From positions 104,165-168,164 of the forward strand of contig CAVXJU010000096.1 of NCBI GenBank assembly GCA_963761935.1: a stretch of DNA of 64,000 nt, read 5' to 3'. The notes beneath the pieces are model-generated. The model was not told where the DNA came from. It ran no database searches and worked only from the letters and a program-made list of their open reading frames with translations. Of this stretch, positions 59,521 to 64,000 are shown one piece after another. The stretch is from Terriglobia bacterium. GTDB taxonomy: Bacteria; Acidobacteriota; Terriglobia; Bryobacterales; Bryobacteraceae. The position numbers were made by a program, and so were the translations under genes. The first letter of the stretch is position 1. Each line of letters begins with the position of its first letter.

Positions 59521-61140
59521 ATGCCGTCACCCAAATCTAAACAGCGTAGGTGGGTGGGCTACTTCTGTGCTCTCATCTTTTTTTTCTTGGGATGCGTGAT
59601 TCTACCCTACCCGGGACTTCAAAACGATGAAGTGATCTTCGCTCCCTCCGACTACCAGGTCCCCGGCAGCTCGGTTTTCCACATTTTCAACGGACACGTC
59701 CCCGTCATGCTGATGAGTTACCTGGGAGCGCTGAAAACTTGGCTTTACTCCGGGATACTGGATGTCTTCCCGCCTTCCCGCTGGACCGTGCGGTTGCCGG
59801 TCTTGTTCCTGGGAGCCGTTACGGTCTGGCTTTTTGTCGAACTGCTGCAGGAGATCCAAGGCAGCTGGGCGGCCTGGCTGGGAGGGCTGCTGCTGGCCAC
59901 CGACACCATGTTTCTGGTCACGGCTTGCTTCGATTGGGGCCCGGTAGCGATCCAGCATCTTCTAATCGTCGCCGGGCTGCTGCTGATAGTGCGATTCGTG
60001 CTGCGCTCCGGCCGCGCCGTTTTATTCTGGGGCTTCTTCTGCCTGGGCCTGGGGCTTTGGGACAAGGCGCTGTTTGAGTGGAACCTGAGCGGTCTGGCGG
60101 TAGCGGCGCTCATCGTGTATCCGGCTACGGTGCGGGCGCGGCTGACCATCCGAAACACGGCCCTGGCCGCCTGCGGGCTGGCCCTGGGCGCGCTGCCGTT
60201 GATCGTCTACAACCTGGTTTCCGGATGGCCCACCCTGCGTTCCAACTCGACGTTTCGCTTCGACGAGTTCGCATCGAAGTTCCGGTCGCTGCGCGGGACT
60301 TGGAACGGCAGCGCGGTGCTGGGCTATATCGCCAGCGTGCCGGGACAGGCGGGTCAGCCGCGCGCTGCCGGGAATATCCTGGAGCGCCTTTCCTACGCTC
60401 TGCACTCGCTCACCGGCGATCATCCCAAGAACCGCCTGGAATGGGCCTTCCTGGCGGCCGTCATCCTAACCGCGCTGTTGTGGCGAAGCTCGGCCTTTAA
60501 GAAGCTGCTATTTTTCTTGCTGGCGATCGCGGTGGCCTGGTTCCAGATGGCCATCACCAAGGACGCTGGCGCATCCGCCCATCACGTGGTCTTGCTGTGG
60601 CCGCTGGCTTATCTTTTTCTCGCCGTGGCGTTCGCCGCAGCCGCATCGCGCTGGGGCCGCGTGGGCGCCGGACTGGTAACTGTGGCCGTAGTCTATCTGG
60701 TTGCCCAGAATCTGCTGGTTACCAACCAGCATTTCTATCTATTCGCGCGCTACGGGTCCCCGCGCAGCTGGACCGACGCCATCTACGCGCTCTCCGGCGA
60801 TTTGGGCCAAGCGCGAGCCTCTCAGATCGTGGTGGCGGATTGGGGAATCGTCAATTCGCTGATCCTGCTCCAGCGCAACCGGCTGCCGCTGGTCCTGGCG
60901 GATGAAAATTTTCTAGCGCCTTCCGAGAGCGGCTCCGAACGCCAGCGCGATCGCCAAAGGCTGGAGAGCGGCCTCTGGGTGGGCCACACACCGCCTTACC
61001 GGGAGATCAACCAAGTGAACGACAGCGTCATGAAAGCCGCGGCGATGTCTGGTTTTCACAAGCAAATCCTGCGGCTGGTTTCAGACAGCCACGGCAGCCC
61101 GGCCTACGAAATCTTCCGCTTCGCGCCTGGCGCTAATTGA
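59521..61140 (+). CDS. multi-pass membrane glycosyltransferase, GT39/ArnT-like
   Basis: About 10 or more TM helices and a soluble C-terminal domain. The early DE motif (LQNDEVIF) is typical of GT-C enzymes. Assignment is tentative. Confidence 0.5.
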   Translation: MPSPKSKQRRWVGYFCALIFFFLGCVILPYPGLQNDEVIFAPSDYQVPGSSVFHIFNGHVPVMLMSYLGALKTWLYSGILDVFPPSRWTVRLPVLFLGAVTVWLFVELLQEIQGSWAAWLGGLLLATDTMFLVTACFDWGPVAIQHLLIVAGLLLIVRFVLRSGRAVLFWGFFCLGLGLWDKALFEWNLSGLAVAALIVYPATVRARLTIRNTALAACGLALGALPLIVYNLVSGWPTLRSNSTFRFDEFASKFRSLRGTWNGSAVLGYIASVPGQAGQPRAAGNILERLSYALHSLTGDHPKNRLEWAFLAAVILTALLWRSSAFKKLLFFLLAIAVAWFQMAITKDAGASAHHVVLLWPLAYLFLAVAFAAAASRWGRVGAGLVTVAVVYLVAQNLLVTNQHFYLFARYGSPRSWTDAIYALSGDLGQARASQIVVADWGIVNSLILLQRNRLPLVLADENFLAPSESGSERQRDRQRLESGLWVGHTPPYREINQVNDSVMKAAAMSGFHKQILRLVSDSHGSPAYEIFRFAPGAN

Positions 61141-62119
61141 CTTGCGGCGCGGCTTTCTTGGCCGGCGGACGATTCGGGCGCTGCAGGTTCTGGAAAAGCT
61201 GCTCCAGTTGCGGCTCGGGAATTGCCAGCGACATGCTCATGACGTTGCCGGTGGTTTTCGTATCCAACGTGTCGAGCAGGCTGGAGACTTGTCCGGCCAC
61301 GGCGTTGCCCTGACGGTTGGCCTGCAGCATACTGGCCACAAACCTGACCACGTCCACCAGCGCCTGAGCGTCTTTTTCGGATCGCGTGATGGCTTCGGCC
61401 GAAATGGTCACGGTGTCGCCGAAGCGAACGCCGCCGCTGGCCTGGTTGATTCCGCTGAGCACGTTGCCTTGCATGGCGCTGCCCACTCTGGGATCGGGCA
61501 TCGCGCCGGCGAACTCGGAGAGCGGCACCAGCGTGACGAACCAGAAATCGTTCTTGGCGCTGACGTCGCCCACTTTCTTGACCAGGTCGCTGGGGGCGGG
61601 CGTACTGCTGCGCTGCCTGGTAAGCGCGGCCTGGACCGATGTCATGTCGCCCATCACAGCGCTGGATGCGTCCAGAAATGCGATGGCGTTGTCCGAATCG
61701 GGCGACGTGCTTCCGGAATAGGAATAGATGGCCGTTCCCTGGAAATTGGTGATGGCCGCGCCGTTCAGTTGCGCTGCTTTCTGGATCTTTTCGAGATCGA
61801 ACGTCCCCTTGCCCAGCACCAGCCAACGGCTCTCGGGCGAACTGGATGCCCAATTCGACGCAATCAGCAGTTCGGTCACGTCGCGGCGCGGATCGAAGCC
61901 GGTTTCGGCGATCAATTTCTTGAAGCCCTCGTCGTTGAGTTGCATGTGCGAGAGCACGAACTGGCCGAATGCCGAGTCGCGCGTGCGATTCACTTGCAGG
62001 CCCGCGATCACTTTCGCGTCCGGCATAACCAGGCGCAGCAGGCCGGCGTCGGCGGCGCAAAGCGCGGCTGGAACGAGCAGGACGGTCAGAATCGGCAGGA
62101 AAAAGCGTGGCTTCGGCAT
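61133..62119 (-). CDS. secreted hypothetical protein (328 aa)
   Basis: Signal peptide MPKPRFFLPILTVLLVPAALCA. It is the only one of three overlapping long ORFs with protein-like composition. Confidence 0.55.
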   Translation of the reverse strand: MPKPRFFLPILTVLLVPAALCAADAGLLRLVMPDAKVIAGLQVNRTRDSAFGQFVLSHMQLNDEGFKKLIAETGFDPRRDVTELLIASNWASSSPESRWLVLGKGTFDLEKIQKAAQLNGAAITNFQGTAIYSYSGSTSPDSDNAIAFLDASSAVMGDMTSVQAALTRQRSSTPAPSDLVKKVGDVSAKNDFWFVTLVPLSEFAGAMPDPRVGSAMQGNVLSGINQASGGVRFGDTVTISAEAITRSEKDAQALVDVVRFVASMLQANRQGNAVAGQVSSLLDTLDTKTTGNVMSMSLAIPEPQLEQLFQNLQRPNRPPAKKAAPQVN

Positions 62120-62207
62120 AAAACCTCTCGTCTCGCACTACGAGCGTAGCATGCTGGAAGTTCCTTACTTGGTGCTCAGGTTGGAAGCCGCGACTAGTAG
62201 AGCAGCT

Positions 62208-63320
62208 TTACTTGATGGTTACTTTGGTGACGTTCCATAGGATCGCCGAACCGAGATAAACCACGTCTGGATCCTTGCAGCCGATCTCGTGGATTAGCCG
62301 TCCAGCATCGTCCTCTCCGCGGCCCAGGCTGGTCTGCGCCCACCCGACCACCTTGGCGCTGTCGAGATCGATCTTGTACAAGCGGCCGGACGTGCCGTCG
62401 GAGCTAAAGATATATTGCTTGCCGCCGGCGTCGGCTCTTGGGATGCACACACCCCAGGGCGCGCCAATGCCGGTGATGGATTTCTTGAAGTTGAGATTGT
62501 CGTCATACACCTGGATGCGGTGATTGTTGCGGTCCGCGGCGTAGACATTGTCCTGGTTATCGACCGCAACGCTGTGAACGATGTTGAACTGGTTGGGACC
62601 CGTGCCCCATGTACCTACCCATTTCAGCCAATGGCCGCCGGGCGCGATCTTCACCACGCGTGAATTGCCGTAGCCGTCGGTGACGAAGACATTGCCCGCG
62701 GAATCCCAAGCTACATCGGTAGGGCGATTGAAAGTGCCCACCCCGCCGTCCGGGTGCAGCCTTTTAACCATTTCCACAGGGTGTTCCTCCCGGCGCGCGG
62801 GGCCTTCAAAGCCGCGGCCCTCTTTTTCCACGCTCGCTTCCAGATAATCGATGGCTTCCGGCGTGCGTCCGAATTGTTCGAGCGGAACCGCCTGGGGACT
62901 GTATTTGACGATCATGCCCGAGCCTTCGTCAACCTGCCAGACATTGTCGTTCTTGTCAACCCGGACAGAGTGAGCGAAGGACGCGGCGTAATTGTGCGGT
63001 CCCCATTCCTTAACGAACTTGCCGTTCGGGTCGAACTCCCACAGCATAGCCGCAGTGCCACCGCGGGCGATGCCCTGCGGATTCGTGCGGGAATAAACAA
63101 AAATATGATTTTGAGAATTGACGTCGACGCCGACCGTTTCGCCCATGGTCATGCCAGGAACAAGAAGCTGAAGCACTTCTTCGGTGTAGTTCAGCTTGGG
63201 AGTCTTCGCGTCCAGCGCATTCTGCTCCTCTTGTTGCTGCCGGGTGGAAATCTGCGCCTGAGCATCCGTGAAACCACCTGCAATGAGCAGTCCAACCAAC
63301 AGCGTGGCGAGTTTTTTCAT
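62208..63320 (-). CDS. secreted NHL-repeat six-bladed beta-propeller protein
   Basis: Start MKKLATLLVGLLIAGGFTDAQA; NHL-like VAVDNQDNVYAADRNNHRIQVYD and GNVFVTDGYGNSRVVK. Confidence 0.7.
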   Translation of the reverse strand: MKKLATLLVGLLIAGGFTDAQAQISTRQQQEEQNALDAKTPKLNYTEEVLQLLVPGMTMGETVGVDVNSQNHIFVYSRTNPQGIARGGTAAMLWEFDPNGKFVKEWGPHNYAASFAHSVRVDKNDNVWQVDEGSGMIVKYSPQAVPLEQFGRTPEAIDYLEASVEKEGRGFEGPARREEHPVEMVKRLHPDGGVGTFNRPTDVAWDSAGNVFVTDGYGNSRVVKIAPGGHWLKWVGTWGTGPNQFNIVHSVAVDNQDNVYAADRNNHRIQVYDDNLNFKKSITGIGAPWGVCIPRADAGGKQYIFSSDGTSGRLYKIDLDSAKVVGWAQTSLGRGEDDAGRLIHEIGCKDPDVVYLGSAILWNVTKVTIK

Positions 63321-63448
63321 CGTTCTCCTTTCCTGGTACTTCGTCATTGTTGCAAAACGCGATGCGCCATAGAATCGGTCATCCGCCATCGGCTTCAGAC
63401 GCTGTCGGGAGTGCGGGCCGCACTATATAATTTAGGACTGGTGTTCCG

Positions 63449-64000
63449 ATGAATCGCCGCAATCGACTAGCGTTGCTGTTCCTCTCGCTCGCCGCTCCAT
63501 CGCTCTATTCGAGCGACACGGTGCTGATTAACGGCCACATTTACACTGGGAACGCGCAAAACCGGTGGGCCGAGGCGCTGGCGATCAGCGGCGATAAGAT
63601 CGACGCCGCCGGCTCCAATGCGGACATCGCGCGCAACCGCTCAGCCAACACCAAGGTTATCGATCTGCACGGCAAAACGGTGATTCCGGGCATCACCGAC
63701 GGCCACGTCCACCTTTGGTTCGGTGCGCTGGCGCTGCACGGATTTAATCTGTCCACGCCTGAGTCCAACATCACACCGAAGGATTCGGATTTGCTGCTCG
63801 GCAAAATCAAGAGCTACGCCGCCAGTCATCCCCAGGACCCTGTGATCTTCGGCAGAGTCAACTTCATCACCGAGTACATCGCTTCCGGCACCTCCTACAA
63901 GAAGCCCACGGTCACTCACGAGCTTCTCGATCGCGCCGTTCCCAACCGTCCGGTGGTGATTCACGACACCAGCGAGCACGCTTTGTGGGTGAATCAGAAA
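63449..64000 (+). CDS. secreted amidohydrolase family (YtcJ-like) protein, N-terminal part; runs off the window
   Basis: 184 open codons from ATG 63449: signal peptide, DTVLINGHIYTG, VIDLHGKTVIPGITDGHVH. Confidence 0.7.
   Translation, partial: MNRRNRLALLFLSLAAPSLYSSDTVLINGHIYTGNAQNRWAEALAISGDKIDAAGSNADIARNRSANTKVIDLHGKTVIPGITDGHVHLWFGALALHGFNLSTPESNITPKDSDLLLGKIKSYAASHPQDPVIFGRVNFITEYIASGTSYKKPTVTHELLDRAVPNRPVVIHDTSEHALWVNQK

Noticed and set aside
61104-62149. Two further long ORFs (344 aa minus, 335 aa plus) overlapping ORF 61133..62119
   Set aside because: Only the 328-aa frame has a signal peptide and balanced composition. The other two are Arg/Gly/Ala-rich.
1-64000. CRISPR arrays, tRNA/rRNA genes, IS elements, integrases, prophage genes
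   Set aside because: Visual scan of intergenic regions and the ORF track found no regularly spaced repeats, no tRNA-like T-arm/acceptor patterns, and no transposase, integrase or phage-like proteins. A tRNAscan/Infernal run would be needed to be certain about RNAs.

Overview
High-GC (about 60% by eye) chromosomal segment that looks like Acidobacteriota of the Solibacter/Bryobacter type. The lineage call rests on two TIGR03437-type C-terminal domains, CarboxypepD_reg-type TonB-dependent receptors, an ADOP/MacB-like permease and a BlaR1-TonB_C fusion. All product calls come from motif recognition by eye; no searches were run. Content: pyrC 3' end; a UPF0182 gene; a blaI/blaR1-like pair; yceD-rpmF-plsX followed by dsbD-like and M28 peptidase genes; a minus-strand flagellar operon flgB-flgC-fliE-fliF-fliG-fliH-fliI-fliJ; prmA; an M48 peptidase; a LytS kinase with two paralogous LytTR regulators around a BNR/SBBP giant protein, a cupin and an atypical P-type ATPase; three TonB-dependent receptors interleaved with two histidine kinases; pgeF, a dksA-like gene, and an ArnT-like glycosyltransferase. 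I saw no rRNA, tRNA, CRISPR array, transposase or integrase. Two things stand out. First, a 1091-aa membrane-embedded protein carries two complete patatin lipase motif sets. It sits behind a 23% GC promoter island with a small 2-TM partner, an uncertain 3' extension and an orphan BrnA-like antitoxin next door. This is the best candidate for an undescribed system. Second, reading-frame disruptions are strongly clustered (blaI/blaR1, ADOP permease, one TonB receptor, an aminotransferase 5' end), while 3-kb neighbours are intact. This is either paralog decay or unpolished assembly indels.
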